The notes beneath the pieces were generated by a model, which saw only the letters and a program-made list of their open reading frames with translations, was not told where the DNA came from and did no database searches. Positions 46,772-55,564 of a stretch of DNA of 64,000 nucleotides are shown piece after piece. The DNA is taken from the NCBI GenBank assembly GCA_964622235.1, contig CAZUNB010000001.1, positions 9,360 to 73,359 on the forward strand. The letters are read 5' to 3'. Both the position numbers and the translations under genes were made by a program. Within the stretch, counting starts at the first letter, position 1. Each line of letters starts with the position of its first letter. Source of the DNA: an uncultured Candidatus Saccharibacteria bacterium (lineage in GTDB: Bacteria > Patescibacteriota > Saccharimonadia > Saccharimonadales > JAGPDM01).

Positions 46772-48277
46772 TTATATGTTTTTAGCTAGTTCTTTACCAA
46801 GCTCAACACCAAACTGATCGAAACTATTTATATTCCACAGTGCTCCAAGGCAGAAAATTTTGTGTTCATATAAGGCAACAATACTGCCAAGAATCTTTGG
46901 TGTAAGCTTGTCGGCTGTAATTGTTGTGCTCGGCCGGTCTCCTGAAATCTCACGAAACACCGCTAAACTATCTTCGCTCAAAGCCTCAAGTGGTCGACCA
47001 ATCGTCAGTGCTTCAGCTTGAGCCTTCATATTTGCTAATAAGAGTTTATGCTGCGACTGGTTAGCCGACGTGCTCTGCTCAAAACCAATAAAATCAACTG
47101 GGACCACCGTTGTTCCTTGATGTAGGAGCTGTATAAATGAATGTTGCGCGTCAGTCCCTGCCGCACCCCACAAGACGGGCGCAGTATCGTAGTCAACAGC
47201 ATGGCCGTCACGGCTAACGTGCTTGCCATTACTCTCCATACTCAGCTGCTGCAGATATGAGGGTAGTAGTTTTAGTTCATAGCTGTATGGCAAGACTGCT
47301 TCGGTTTGTAGTCCTTGGACGTTTCGATACAGGATTGATAACATCGACAAAAGCAGGGGAGCATTCAAATTGTCTGGAGAAGTTGAGAAGTGCTCGTCCA
47401 TCTCGTGAGCACCGGCAAGCATTTCAGAGAAGTTTTCCACACCGATAGCAAGCATAACGGATAGTCCAATCGAGCTCATCAGACTAAAGCGGCCGCCCAC
47501 CCAATCCCAGAATCCGAAGATGTTCTCCCCGGGGATACCGAAGTCTTTTGCAGTGATTACGTTCGTGGTGACCGCTACAAAGTGCTGTGCAAGGCTAGCC
47601 TCAACACCAAGGCTATCTCTAACCCAGGCTTGGGCTAGACTAGCATTAGTCATTGTTTCTTGAGTAGTAAAGGTTTTGCTAGCGACAACAAACAGTGTCG
47701 AAAGAGGGCTGAGTGGCTTAACTACATTTTCAAATTCAGTTGGATCTACATTGCTAATAAAATGGACGTTAATGCCCTTCTGACGATAAGCTGACAGTGC
47801 TTGCACTGCCATACGAGGACCGAGGTCTGAACCGCCAATACCAATGTTTACAATATCAGTAATTCTCTCCCCGTTGCTGCCAGTGAAGCTCCTGTCATGT
47901 ACGGTCCTCACAAACTGTTTCATTTTCTCGAGTTCAGCTTGAATTAAAGGAGCAATATTTTCACCATTTACAAATATTGGTTTTTCGGCAGGTGAGCGTA
48001 GTGCAGTATGCAATACAGCGCGATCCTCGGTGTTATTAATCACATCACCTTTAAAAAGGTTATCCCTCAATTCTGAAAACCGGCTCTTATCAACAAGATC
48101 GAGCAATTGGCTATAGGTATTTAGATCTAGCCAGCTATGACGAGCATCCACGATTAGCCCAGCAGCATTGATCGTCAACTGATTGTTCCTGTCGACATCC
48201 CTTATGAGTTCAACAATTGGTCTATGCGAGGAATCGATAGCTGAAATTCTTTGACCGATAGCAGTTTTGTTTTCCAT
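46772..48277 (-). CDS. pgi: Glucose-6-phosphate isomerase; start set at MENKTAIGQRI
   Basis: PGI signatures GIGGSDLGP, FWDWVGGRFSLMSSIGLS (compare DWVGGRYSLWSAIG) and GxVxYD...QH. The 22 upstream codons in the ORF track overlap the divergent neighbour and look non-coding. Confidence 0.85.
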   Translation of the reverse strand: MENKTAIGQRISAIDSSHRPIVELIRDVDRNNQLTINAAGLIVDARHSWLDLNTYSQLLDLVDKSRFSELRDNLFKGDVINNTEDRAVLHTALRSPAEKPIFVNGENIAPLIQAELEKMKQFVRTVHDRSFTGSNGERITDIVNIGIGGSDLGPRMAVQALSAYRQKGINVHFISNVDPTEFENVVKPLSPLSTLFVVASKTFTTQETMTNASLAQAWVRDSLGVEASLAQHFVAVTTNVITAKDFGIPGENIFGFWDWVGGRFSLMSSIGLSVMLAIGVENFSEMLAGAHEMDEHFSTSPDNLNAPLLLSMLSILYRNVQGLQTEAVLPYSYELKLLPSYLQQLSMESNGKHVSRDGHAVDYDTAPVLWGAAGTDAQHSFIQLLHQGTTVVPVDFIGFEQSTSANQSQHKLLLANMKAQAEALTIGRPLEALSEDSLAVFREISGDRPSTTITADKLTPKILGSIVALYEHKIFCLGALWNINSFDQFGVELGKELAKNI

Positions 48278-48324
48278 ACTACTAACGCTATCATAGTAGG
48301 AGACTAAATGGGAGCAGCAACAAC

Positions 48325-48795
48325 ATGACAGATGAAGAAACAAAGATATATGAAGACCTACGAGCGCAAATTAATGTATCAGATTTTAGTACTCAGAGTT
48401 ATGTTAGAAAAGTTGAGAAACCTTGGGGATATGAGCTACATTTCCTGCCCGACAATCTTCCATATATGGGGAAAATGCATCATATCTACGCCGGCAAACG
48501 ACTTAGTCTACAGGCGCATGACCAAAAGCAGGAATCATATATATTACTCGATGGTGACGGTTGGGTCTTACTAGAAGATTCAGACGGCAAAATGCAGAAA
48601 GTAAAACTATTAAAAAATGAAGGAATAACCACTTTACTCGGACAAAAGCATCGTTTGTTCGCCGGTGAAAGCGATGCGAATATTATCGAATTTTCATCGC
48701 AAGAAATCGGAAATACCTTCCGACTGGAGGACGATTACGGTCGTGAGACCGAGACCGAGCAAGCACGAGCTGAGCGGAACGATTCAGCCAAGTAA
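48325..48795 (+). CDS. Cupin-domain protein (type II mannose-6-phosphate-isomerase-like small cupin)
   Basis: KPWGYELHF...GKRLSLQAHDQKQESYILLDGDGWV fits the cupin G(X)5HxH...E...G / PMI-type beta-barrel pattern. Divergent from pgi with about 47 nt between starts. Confidence 0.55.
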   Translation: MTDEETKIYEDLRAQINVSDFSTQSYVRKVEKPWGYELHFLPDNLPYMGKMHHIYAGKRLSLQAHDQKQESYILLDGDGWVLLEDSDGKMQKVKLLKNEGITTLLGQKHRLFAGESDANIIEFSSQEIGNTFRLEDDYGRETETEQARAERNDSAK

Positions 48796-48804
48796 ACAAT
48801 TAGC

Positions 48805-50046
48805 TTACTTTCCTTCGAAACGAAGTGCATCGATTGGGTGCTTACGGGAGGCTTTCAAAGCCGGCCAGAGACCACTAACAACTCCTATCAACCCAGACCC
48901 AACCATGGCCGTGACCGCCACCACAATAGTTATCTTTGGCTCAATATCAAAGTAATAGCCACCAACAAAACTGACCAACCAAGCTAACCCGAGGCCGATA
49001 CCCCCGCCGACTAGACTCAAAACGACGGCTTCTATTAGAAACTGAGTCAAAATGTGGAACTCGGTTGCTCCGATAGCTTTACGAAGCCCAATCTCCTGCG
49101 TGCGCTCAGTAACGCTCAAAAGCATAACGTTCATTATCCCGATACTACCAACTACAACTGAGATCATGGCAACAAGAGCCACGAAGCCGGTTAGATAATT
49201 GAAGACACTGTTAGTTACATCTAGTATCTCGTCCTGCTTAATAACCGTAAAATCTTGTTGTCCCTTATGATTATTTTTAATAGTCGCATTGATTTTATCG
49301 CTAATCATCGCAACATCAACGCCCTCTTTGATAATTACATCGATTTCGGCTATCTGAACGTTGTCGTTGTTGAGTTTCTTAGCTTGTGGAAGTGAAATAA
49401 ATATCGCATTATTAACAGCTGCGCCCAGATCGACACCGCCGCTACCAAGTTGCTTGTCGTTCATCACGCCAGTGACAACAAATTTTTCTCCTTTAATTGT
49501 AATTGGTCGACCAATCGGGTTTTCTCCACGGAAATATTTCTGATTGACGCTCTGACCAATGGTGGCAATTTTAGCGTTTTTGTCATCGTCACTAAAGAAA
49601 CTGCCACTCTGAACTTTATGTTGCAATGCCTTTTGGTAGTCTTCTGAAGTTGCAATAATAAAGCTATTATCGACTTTCTGGTCTTTGATCTCGGCATTTC
49701 CAGTCAAAATCATAATTGGGGCAGCACCAGACACCTCTGGTAATTTTTTAATACTATCGACATCTTTTTCGCTTAAGGTCGACGCGCCATACGAGGCAAG
49801 TAGGTTGTAGCCTGCAATGTTGCCACTCTTGTCTTTCTTGACAGTTTCACCGGGACTAATGTTGACTAGCCGGCTACCGAGATCATCGACACTACCCGAG
49901 ACCGAGCGTTTAACACCTTCACCGAAGGCGACAATTGTCACGACCGAAAAAACTCCGATGATAATACCGAGCAAAGTCAATAAACTACGAGTTTTTGCCC
50001 GTGAGATCGAAAGCAGGGCGATGCGAGTATTCTCGAGGATCATCAT
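48805..50046 (-). CDS. ABC transporter permease, MacB/FtsX family (periplasmic core domain + 4 TM)
   Basis: N-terminal TM, an extracytoplasmic MacB-PCD-like domain of about 230 aa, then a C-terminal FtsX-type 3-TM bundle (...SVTERTQEIGLRKAIGA...). Overlaps the upstream ATPase by 4 nt. Confidence 0.8.
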   Translation of the reverse strand: MMILENTRIALLSISRAKTRSLLTLLGIIIGVFSVVTIVAFGEGVKRSVSGSVDDLGSRLVNISPGETVKKDKSGNIAGYNLLASYGASTLSEKDVDSIKKLPEVSGAAPIMILTGNAEIKDQKVDNSFIIATSEDYQKALQHKVQSGSFFSDDDKNAKIATIGQSVNQKYFRGENPIGRPITIKGEKFVVTGVMNDKQLGSGGVDLGAAVNNAIFISLPQAKKLNNDNVQIAEIDVIIKEGVDVAMISDKINATIKNNHKGQQDFTVIKQDEILDVTNSVFNYLTGFVALVAMISVVVGSIGIMNVMLLSVTERTQEIGLRKAIGATEFHILTQFLIEAVVLSLVGGGIGLGLAWLVSFVGGYYFDIEPKITIVVAVTAMVGSGLIGVVSGLWPALKASRKHPIDALRFEGK

Positions 50047-51197
50047 GATATTGCTTTCTTCTTATTTGTGCTATTTTTTTTCTTAGTAGCCGGATTTTTT
50101 TTCTTAGTTGAAGTTGTGACACCTCGGCGATTCTTGCGCGACAGCTCGCGGACAGTCTTTGACTTACGATAAGTACGGACTTTTTTTGCAACAGAACTAG
50201 TCTGATGCACCGGTATGGCAATTCGGTCTATAGAGTCGTCTATTTCGGTAGGTGCTGCTGGTAACGCAGCCATATTTTCTGAGTCTGAATCGACATGAAT
50301 AACTAGTGGCGCAATTGGTGCTGGCACTTGCGCGAGCTGTAAGACATTGAGTTCTGTATCACGTGTTCCTGCCACAAAGTCCTCGTGGATATTCGCCTGG
50401 TACTCAATTGCATCGATGGCTGGCATAGTTCGCTCTTGATCACTCTCAACTAGTATCTTCGCAGCTGGCTCATTCGAGCGGTACGCTTGGCGATTAGTCC
50501 GAAAGTCATAATTATTCGTTTGACTTTTGTCGCTAACCAACTCACCGTCAACGATATGAATTGTACGCTGAGCTTGTTTTGCGATCACCTCGTTATGTGT
50601 CACGATGATCACTGTATGACCTTTCTTGTTTAGCTCACGTAATAAATCAATAATCTGTTGGCCAGTCTCCTGATCGAGATTACCAGTTGGCTCGTCAGCT
50701 AAAATTAAACTCGGGTTATTAGCCAGCGCTCGTGCCACCGCTACCCGCTGTTTTTGGCCACCAGAAAGTTGGCTAGGCATGTAGTACCCGCGATCAGTTA
50801 GACCAACCTGCTCGAGTAATTCATGAGCTCGTTTTTCGCGCTGGATTTTTGATGTCCCGAAATACACCATTGGTAAGATGATGTTATCAATAACATGTTG
50901 ACGGGGAAGCAGATTAAAGCTCTGAAAGATAAAACCAATTTTTTGACGACGAATCTTTGCGGCCCTTCGGCTACTAAGACTAGCTGTATCGATATCGTCA
51001 AGTATATACTCACCATTAGTGGGTACATCAAGCAGACCCAACAAATTCATAAGTGTGGATTTGCCTGAACCACTCGGGCCAGTCACTGCTAAGAATTCAC
51101 CGTGCTCAACACTAAAATTAACGCCACGAAGCACGGGCGTGGCACCATTACCACTACCGTAGATTTTATGAATACGCTTAATTTCAATTTCAGCCAT
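50043..51197 (-). CDS. ABC transporter ATP-binding protein (MacB/LolD-like) with about 170-aa C-terminal extension ending in a Lys-rich tail; start set at MAEIEIKRI
   Basis: Walker [10 protein letters not shown], signature [15 protein letters not shown], Walker [13 protein letters not shown]-loop VTHN. Beyond the NBD is a non-conserved segment terminating in [20 protein letters not shown]. Confidence 0.8.
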   Translation of the reverse strand: MAEIEIKRIHKIYGSGNGATPVLRGVNFSVEHGEFLAVTGPSGSGKSTLMNLLGLLDVPTNGEYILDDIDTASLSSRRAAKIRRQKIGFIFQSFNLLPRQHVIDNIILPMVYFGTSKIQREKRAHELLEQVGLTDRGYYMPSQLSGGQKQRVAVARALANNPSLILADEPTGNLDQETGQQIIDLLRELNKKGHTVIIVTHNEVIAKQAQRTIHIVDGELVSDKSQTNNYDFRTNRQAYRSNEPAAKILVESDQERTMPAIDAIEYQANIHEDFVAGTRDTELNVLQLAQVPAPIAPLVIHVDSDSENMAALPAAPTEIDDSIDRIAIPVHQTSSVAKKVRTYRKSKTVRELSRKNRRGVTTSTKKKNPATKKKNSTNKKKAIS

Positions 51198-51259
51198 CAC
51201 CCTATAATATAGCCGAGAAGTAACAGACATGGAAGTGCTTAAGGTAAAAAAACCAAAAG

Positions 51260-51931
51260 CTACAGCTTACCGAGCAAGTCCTCTAGTGCACTTACGTTCT
51301 CGATAATGTGTTTTACTCTCAATTTTTCGGCTTCATGTGTGTTTAAGTGGCCAGTTAGAACAACAACCGCCTCAACTCCTGCAGCTTGAGCCATAAGTAC
51401 ATCATTTTTTGCATCACCAACCATAACAGTCTCTTCTGGTAAAATATTCTGTTCTTTTAAAATTCGATTTATACCTTCAGGGTGCGGCTTGGCATAAAGT
51501 GCGCTGCTGAGATCATGTGGTGTAACTATTTGAGAGAATACCTGTGGTATATTAAAATTTGGAAAAATTATTTCTCGTAGTAGCTTTGAACTAGCACCAG
51601 TTGCAATCGCAATCTTGTATTTTCTAGATAGACGCTTTAAGACTCCAATAGAGCCTGGAACTAGCGTCAAACAATCTACAAAGCTGTTTCCAAAGAGGTG
51701 CTCCTCGTAGATAACGATTGCCTCGGCTAGTAGTTCAGGACTGTCTTTAAGCAGCTCGGCCAACTCTTCTTGGTGTGAAGATCCCCACTTTGCCTCAATC
51801 CGTTTTTTCTCTTCTTTTTGAGATAAATGTATACCCACACTTAGCAAAGCTTGGTGGTAACACTTATAATATCCCTCGGTTGAGCCAAGTGTGAAGACAT
51901 CATCCCAGTCAAAAATTATTAGTTTAATCAT
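51260..51931 (-). CDS. HAD-superfamily hydrolase, subfamily IA (phosphoglycolate-phosphatase-like)
   Basis: Motif I IIFDWDDVFT, motif II ATGAS, motif IV VMVGDAKNDVLMAQAAG. Length 223 aa. Confidence 0.7.
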   Translation of the reverse strand: MIKLIIFDWDDVFTLGSTEGYYKCYHQALLSVGIHLSQKEEKKRIEAKWGSSHQEELAELLKDSPELLAEAIVIYEEHLFGNSFVDCLTLVPGSIGVLKRLSRKYKIAIATGASSKLLREIIFPNFNIPQVFSQIVTPHDLSSALYAKPHPEGINRILKEQNILPEETVMVGDAKNDVLMAQAAGVEAVVVLTGHLNTHEAEKLRVKHIIENVSALEDLLGKL

Positions 51932-52021
51932 TTATCCAATAATATCACGCAACTAACATTGATATGTCTCCTGAGAAGGGTTGTACTTTTAACGGATGAA
52001 TAGAATACAGATTTTTAACAA

Positions 52022-52241
52022 AGGAGAGAGGGATGACGCTCGATTCGCTCACTATTCCGTCGGCCCGAGTCTCACAAGTAAACTTGCTCGATTATCCTTC
52101 CTTGCGAACCCTTTTTTGACTTTGTTAAATGAGAGGTATAACACTGCGATGTTAGACTATGGCTCATCGCCATATTCCAACATCTTCGCTATGCTGCTCA
52201 AATCAAATAGATTTGAGCTAGTCTAAACCCTCTCGGGTTCG
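52022..52241 (-). pseudogene. tRNA-Ser-derived degenerate repeat (same family as 15417-15695)
   Basis: GAGAGAGGGATGACGCTCGaTTCGcTCACTATTCCGTCG...CTTgCGAACCCTTTTTTG (52022-52118) is about 85% identical to 15601-15675. CTAAACCCTCTCGGGTTCG at 52223-52241 matches 15510-15530. It lies 3' of tRNA-Ser(GCT) on the same strand. The ORF-track hit 51996-52226 (+) lies over it and is regarded as spurious. Confidence 0.45.
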
Positions 52242-52296
52242 TAGCCTGAACAATCCCAACCAATGTAAAAGCCCACCATTTGGTGGGTTTTTACAT

Positions 52297-52389
52297 TGGC
52301 GGAGAGAGAGGGATTCGAACCCTCGCGGGGCCGTGAAGCCCCCTACAGCTTTAGCAAAGCCGCCCCTTCAGCCACTTGGGTACCTCTCC
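52297..52389 (-). tRNA. tRNA-Ser (anticodon GCT), type II
   Basis: Reverse complement: GGAGAGG-TA-CCC...GGG-G-CGGCT-TTGCTAA-AGCTG-(21-nt variable arm)-GAGGG-TTCGAAT-CCCTC-TCTCTCC-G-CCA. Followed in minus orientation by the hairpin CCAATGTAAAAaCCCACCaaatGGTGGGcTTTTACATTGG (52259-52299). Confidence 0.8.
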
Positions 52390-52507
52390 TCGTCGTCACA
52401 TCAAGCTTCTGTGGTTTCGTTTTAGTCGTCGACTAAAAACTACTCCGCTGATGCTCCTCTTGAATTTTCAAACAGCTTCGCTTGGTTTGAAAATTCATGG
52501 CTGTACG

Positions 52508-52584
52508 TGGTGTACCCGGGGGGATTCGAACCTCCGACCTCTTGTACCGCAAACAAACGCTCTATCCAGCTGAGCTACGGGTAC
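52508..52584 (-). tRNA. tRNA-Arg (anticodon GCG), 77 nt
   Basis: Reverse complement: GTACCCG-TA-GCTC-AGCTGGATA-GAGC-G-TTTGT-TTGCGGT-ACAAG-AGGTC-GGAGG-TTCGAAT-CCCCC-CGGGTAC-A-CCA. The T-stem has one A-C mismatch (GGAGG/CCCCC) and GCG is an uncommon bacterial Arg anticodon, so confidence is moderate. Confidence 0.6.
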
Positions 52585-52645
52585 ACGCAAGCGTAGCAAC
52601 TATTGTAGCGCTAAACTACTGATAATAAAAGCAATCTGCGCATAT

Positions 52646-53260
52646 TTAGAGGTGTAGTTGGTTGATGGTTTTATCAATAAAATTCATTTCACGCTCTTCA
52701 AGTGGCAGATGGCGTTGTAAAATCGCGACAACTAGATCAACCTCTGCCTTCGTCATGTAAGCTTCGGTAGGCAAGCCAAAGCGTTTCAAAGGCCGGAAAG
52801 TTAGCAAATACAATCCACGCTCAGCTTGAATTGAAAATGAACGAAATGTTTCGAACGGAAACAAGGCATCGCCGATGGAGATCCCATCATCGTCGATGAT
52901 ATATGTTCGACTATTCGGCTTAGCATTGATAAAATACAATAAACCACCACTTAAGAGTAGTAAAACAACGACACTAAAGATGTCACGTTGCCAGTAAATT
53001 ATACCCGCGCTGATTGCAAAAACCACTGACACGAAGCCTGCGTACCACCCTATACCTCGTTGATGTGAAATATACTCGCTGGCTTGCCAGCTAACTTCTT
53101 GCGGTTGATCCGGCCCCTTGACATCTGGCATTTCTGTTTGCAAATTGTCGTTACTGTTGTCATCATCTTCAGCTTCAAAACTCCAGCCAGCAGAATCATC
53201 CTGTTGATTGTCGGCAACTTTTGCATCCTCAGCTTGGTTGTTTGTCTTTTCCTCTGCCAT
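52646..53260 (-). CDS. Hypothetical membrane protein (acidic disordered N-terminus, 2 TM, C-terminal soluble domain)
   Basis: 204 aa. Asp/Glu/Gln-rich first about 60 aa, two hydrophobic helices (GWYAGFVSVVFAISAGIIYW, FSVVVLLLLSGGLLYF), and a C-terminal about 90 aa with possible bacterial-PH-like character. Confidence 0.4.
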   Translation of the reverse strand: MAEEKTNNQAEDAKVADNQQDDSAGWSFEAEDDDNSNDNLQTEMPDVKGPDQPQEVSWQASEYISHQRGIGWYAGFVSVVFAISAGIIYWQRDIFSVVVLLLLSGGLLYFINAKPNSRTYIIDDDGISIGDALFPFETFRSFSIQAERGLYLLTFRPLKRFGLPTEAYMTKAEVDLVVAILQRHLPLEEREMNFIDKTINQLHL

Positions 53261-53475
53261 ATCATAAGCAGTATAACAAAACTAGACAAAAACCACACTA
53301 GCAAGAGTACCGTTATATCCTTTGAGATGATATAATCCAATGTACGTTTCGTTCGAGCGAAATACATCAAACTGAAAAGGTGACCAGACTAGTGTCAGGT
53401 AAAACTTGATCTAAATAGCGAACTGGTATACTTAACCAGTGAGTGTCGCGGAGCGAGGTCAACTCGCAACAACGT

Positions 53476-53566
53476 GGAGAGGTGACCGAGCGGTTGAAGG
53501 TACCGGTCTTGAAAACCGGCAAGGCGTAACCCGTCTTCGAGGGTTCGAATCCCTCCCTCTCCGCCA
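53476..53566 (+). tRNA. tRNA-Ser (anticodon TGA), type II
   Basis: GGAGAGG-TG-ACC-GAGCGGTTGAA-GGT-A-CCGGT-CTTGAAA-ACCGG-(19-nt variable arm)-GAGGG-TTCGAAT-CCCTC-CCTCTCC-G-CCA. ORF-track entries 53367-53567 and 53395-53580 (-) overlap it and are spurious. Confidence 0.85.
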
Positions 53567-53605
53567 ATTAGATAGCCCACCGCTTAGGTGGGTTCTCTAA
53601 TTGGC
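53564..53605 (+). terminator. CCA-rooted bipartite hairpin (terminator-like) after tRNA-Ser(TGA), followed by a truncated pseudo-tRNA-Ser repeat (53606-53675)
   Basis: CCAATTAGAtagCCCACCgcttaGGTGGGttcTCTAATTGG: an outer 9-bp stem beginning with the tRNA CCA, plus an inner GC stem CCCACC/GGTGGG. The same architecture follows the other two tRNA-Ser genes. Downstream GCGCAGCAAAAAGGGTTCGgtgg matches the CAAAAAGGGTTCG core of the pseudo-tRNA family. Confidence 0.45.
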
Positions 53606-53721
53606 GTTTAGCAATCCGAGAACCCGTATTTTGCGCAGCAAAAAGGGTTCGGTGGAGTGATCAGAATCGAGAGACAAAAAAAGTTTACTTTTTCCAGAGA
53701 TGATTGAATGAAAGTTCGTAG

Positions 53722-54165
53722 GTGCAAGCCGAAGAATCAACACCTCATGTATTAATACCGTATACTAAACCAATGCCAAAAAAACCAATCCAAAAGCGCT
53801 ATGTTGCGCTAGCCTGGGGAACAGTACTATTACACACAGCAATCATGACTTGGTTTTGGATCGGGGCATTCTTGGTCTTTAACGGCTATCCCGAATTTGC
53901 ACTACAGCAAGTCGCCTACGTTGTCATAGTCGTTGGGGTTCATGAACTGTATGGCAGCTGCCCGTTCACAGTACTCGAGATTTGGGCACGTAAAAAATCA
54001 GGTATCAAAGACCGAGAAGTAGAGACATACTACGGATACTACATCTTCTGGAAGTTGTTTCACTATAAAGCCAGTATCCCGTTTCTAAGGCGATTCGTCA
54101 TCTTGTTCAAAATTTTACCTGGTATTTCACCACTTGTTCTAATAATCCAGCAAATATTGAACTAG
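53722..54165 (+). CDS. Hypothetical integral membrane protein (3-4 TM)
   Basis: 147 aa with hydrophobic helices at about 30-55, 62-82 and 120-145. No motif recognised. Confidence 0.4.
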   Translation: MQAEESTPHVLIPYTKPMPKKPIQKRYVALAWGTVLLHTAIMTWFWIGAFLVFNGYPEFALQQVAYVVIVVGVHELYGSCPFTVLEIWARKKSGIKDREVETYYGYYIFWKLFHYKASIPFLRRFVILFKILPGISPLVLIIQQILN

Positions 54166-54169
54166 AACG

Positions 54170-54832
54170 TTACGGACGAGCAAATACAGCTGCCTCAACA
54201 CGCTTTGCACCGGCTCCATCTAAAACGGCAGCGGCGGCTTCAAGTGTAGCGCCGGTACTGATTACATCATCAATCAGAAGGATTTTTTTATTTTCGATCT
54301 TTCTAGGATGCCTGGAATAAAAAGCATTTGCGAGTTGCTGTCGGCGCTTTTTGGCAGACTGGCCGACTTGTCGTTTATGACCTTGTTTTCCAAGCAGCTC
54401 AGCGTAGGGAATTTTTAACTGACGAGCAACGTGCTTAGCAATAATGCCAGGCGGGTTATATCCGCGCATGCGGTAGCGCTGCGAATCAGGTGGAATAGGG
54501 CAGACAACATCATAATCATCAGAAAGAATCACGTCTGCCAACTGTTTACCTAAAACTTTACCAGCGGCACAAGCACGTTCAAACTTATATTTACGTATTA
54601 GCTCCTTACCCAAACCTTCGTAGCGAGCTGCCACCCAGACACGTTTAACTGAGCTTTTACGACGACAAGTCGGACAAGTGGCATAATCATCACTCAGCGC
54701 CTTGCAGCGATAACAAGCCGATACGGGATGATGTAAAAAACTCAACAGACAAACTTCACAAACAATTGCACCTTCTGCACCACAACCAACACAGGTGTGT
54801 GGCGCAACAACAGAGATGATTGACTCAAACAT
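54170..54832 (-). CDS. comFC: ComF family protein (ComFC-like: N-terminal Cys4 zinc finger + phosphoribosyltransferase domain)
   Basis: N-terminal CxxC...CxxC pairs (CVGCG...CEVC...CYRC...CPTC), a C-terminal PRTase PRPP-binding motif (KKILLIDDVISTGATL), and a 220-aa length. Confidence 0.75.
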   Translation of the reverse strand: MFESIISVVAPHTCVGCGAEGAIVCEVCLLSFLHHPVSACYRCKALSDDYATCPTCRRKSSVKRVWVAARYEGLGKELIRKYKFERACAAGKVLGKQLADVILSDDYDVVCPIPPDSQRYRMRGYNPPGIIAKHVARQLKIPYAELLGKQGHKRQVGQSAKKRRQQLANAFYSRHPRKIENKKILLIDDVISTGATLEAAAAVLDGAGAKRVEAAVFARP

Positions 54833-54874
54833 AACCTTATCGTAGCAAAACCAGTTGTAGTTTTACCAACACCC

Positions 54875-54904
54875 TTGAGTTAGGTGATAGTTTTTGTGTA
54901 TACT
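54875..54904 (+). promoter_or_regulatory. Sigma-70-like promoter candidate for the Hsp20 gene (TTGAGT-18 nt-TATACT)
   Basis: TTGAGT at 54875-54880, an 18-nt spacer, TATACT at 54899-54904, about 65 nt upstream of the ATG at 54971. No CIRCE element is present here. Confidence 0.25.
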
Positions 54905-54970
54905 ACTGATAATACAAAGACCAAAAAACTTTTCAGGTGGAAAAACAAGACAACTAATGGGGGAGAGTGC

Positions 54971-55423
54971 ATGGCACGTAAACAACAGAATGATGATTTA
55001 TTAATCGATGATGAGCTAACAGCAGCTTTTCTGGGTGATGATCAGTCAGTAACCGCTGACGACAATAGTACAAACGATGACTGGAATGAAGAAGAAAGTA
55101 TTCCGGGGCAACTAGCCGTTGACGTTTATGAGACTCGTGAGAAGGTTTTTGTGATTGCGCCGATTGCTGGCGTTAACAAAGGTGATCTCGACGTTAGTAT
55201 CTCTGACAATACGCTGACTATCCAGGGAACTCGTTCGGTCAATACTGACGGGGCAGAGAACTTTTACCTGCAGGAAAGTTACTGGGGAGATTTTTCGCGA
55301 AGCATCACAATGCCAGTACCGGTTAAAGAGGACGAAATCGATGCAGTCCTCAAGGACGGTGTCTTGACAATTAGCTTTACCAAAGTCAAACAAGACACAA
55401 TTAAGAAGATTGAGATTAAGTAA
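54971..55423 (+). CDS. Hsp20/alpha-crystallin family small heat-shock protein; start set at MARKQQ
   Basis: Alpha-crystallin domain (LAVDVYETREKVFVIAPIAGVNKGDLDVSISDNTLTIQG...FSRSITMPVPVKEDEIDAVLKDGVLTISFTK). GGGGGA-type SD 8 nt upstream of the ATG at 54971. The 29 codons upstream in the ORF track lack an RBS. Confidence 0.85.
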   Translation: MARKQQNDDLLIDDELTAAFLGDDQSVTADDNSTNDDWNEEESIPGQLAVDVYETREKVFVIAPIAGVNKGDLDVSISDNTLTIQGTRSVNTDGAENFYLQESYWGDFSRSITMPVPVKEDEIDAVLKDGVLTISFTKVKQDTIKKIEIK

Positions 55424-55450
55424 AACTACTTATTTCGATTCAGTATTTAA

Positions 55451-55486
55451 TGTAAATAATCTGCTCAATCGAGCAGATTATTTACA
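55451..55486 (+). terminator. Rho-independent terminator after the Hsp20 gene (perfect 16-bp stem)
   Basis: TGTAAATAATCTGCTC-aatc-GAGCAGATTATTTACA followed by TTAATAACAGTTTTTTT. Confidence 0.55.
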
Positions 55487-55564
55487 TTAATAACAGTTTT
55501 TTTATTTGCGAAAAAGAAAATAAGAGTAGAATTTATACTATTATCAAACTAAATTTGACTCTAC

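Noticed and set aside
51996-52226. 76-aa plus-strand ORF between the HAD gene and the tRNAs
   Set aside because: It overlaps the tRNA-Ser-derived repeat element, which is the more parsimonious explanation of the sequence. There is no RBS and the composition is odd.
52376-52573. 65-aa ORF on the plus strand spanning the tRNA-Ser(GCT)/tRNA-Arg interval
   Set aside because: It lies entirely over two minus-strand tRNA genes and their spacer, so it is an ORF-caller artefact.
53367-53580. Two overlapping minus-strand ORFs (66 and 61 aa)
   Set aside because: They are antisense to tRNA-Ser(TGA) and its terminator hairpin, with no RBS and no plausible coding content.
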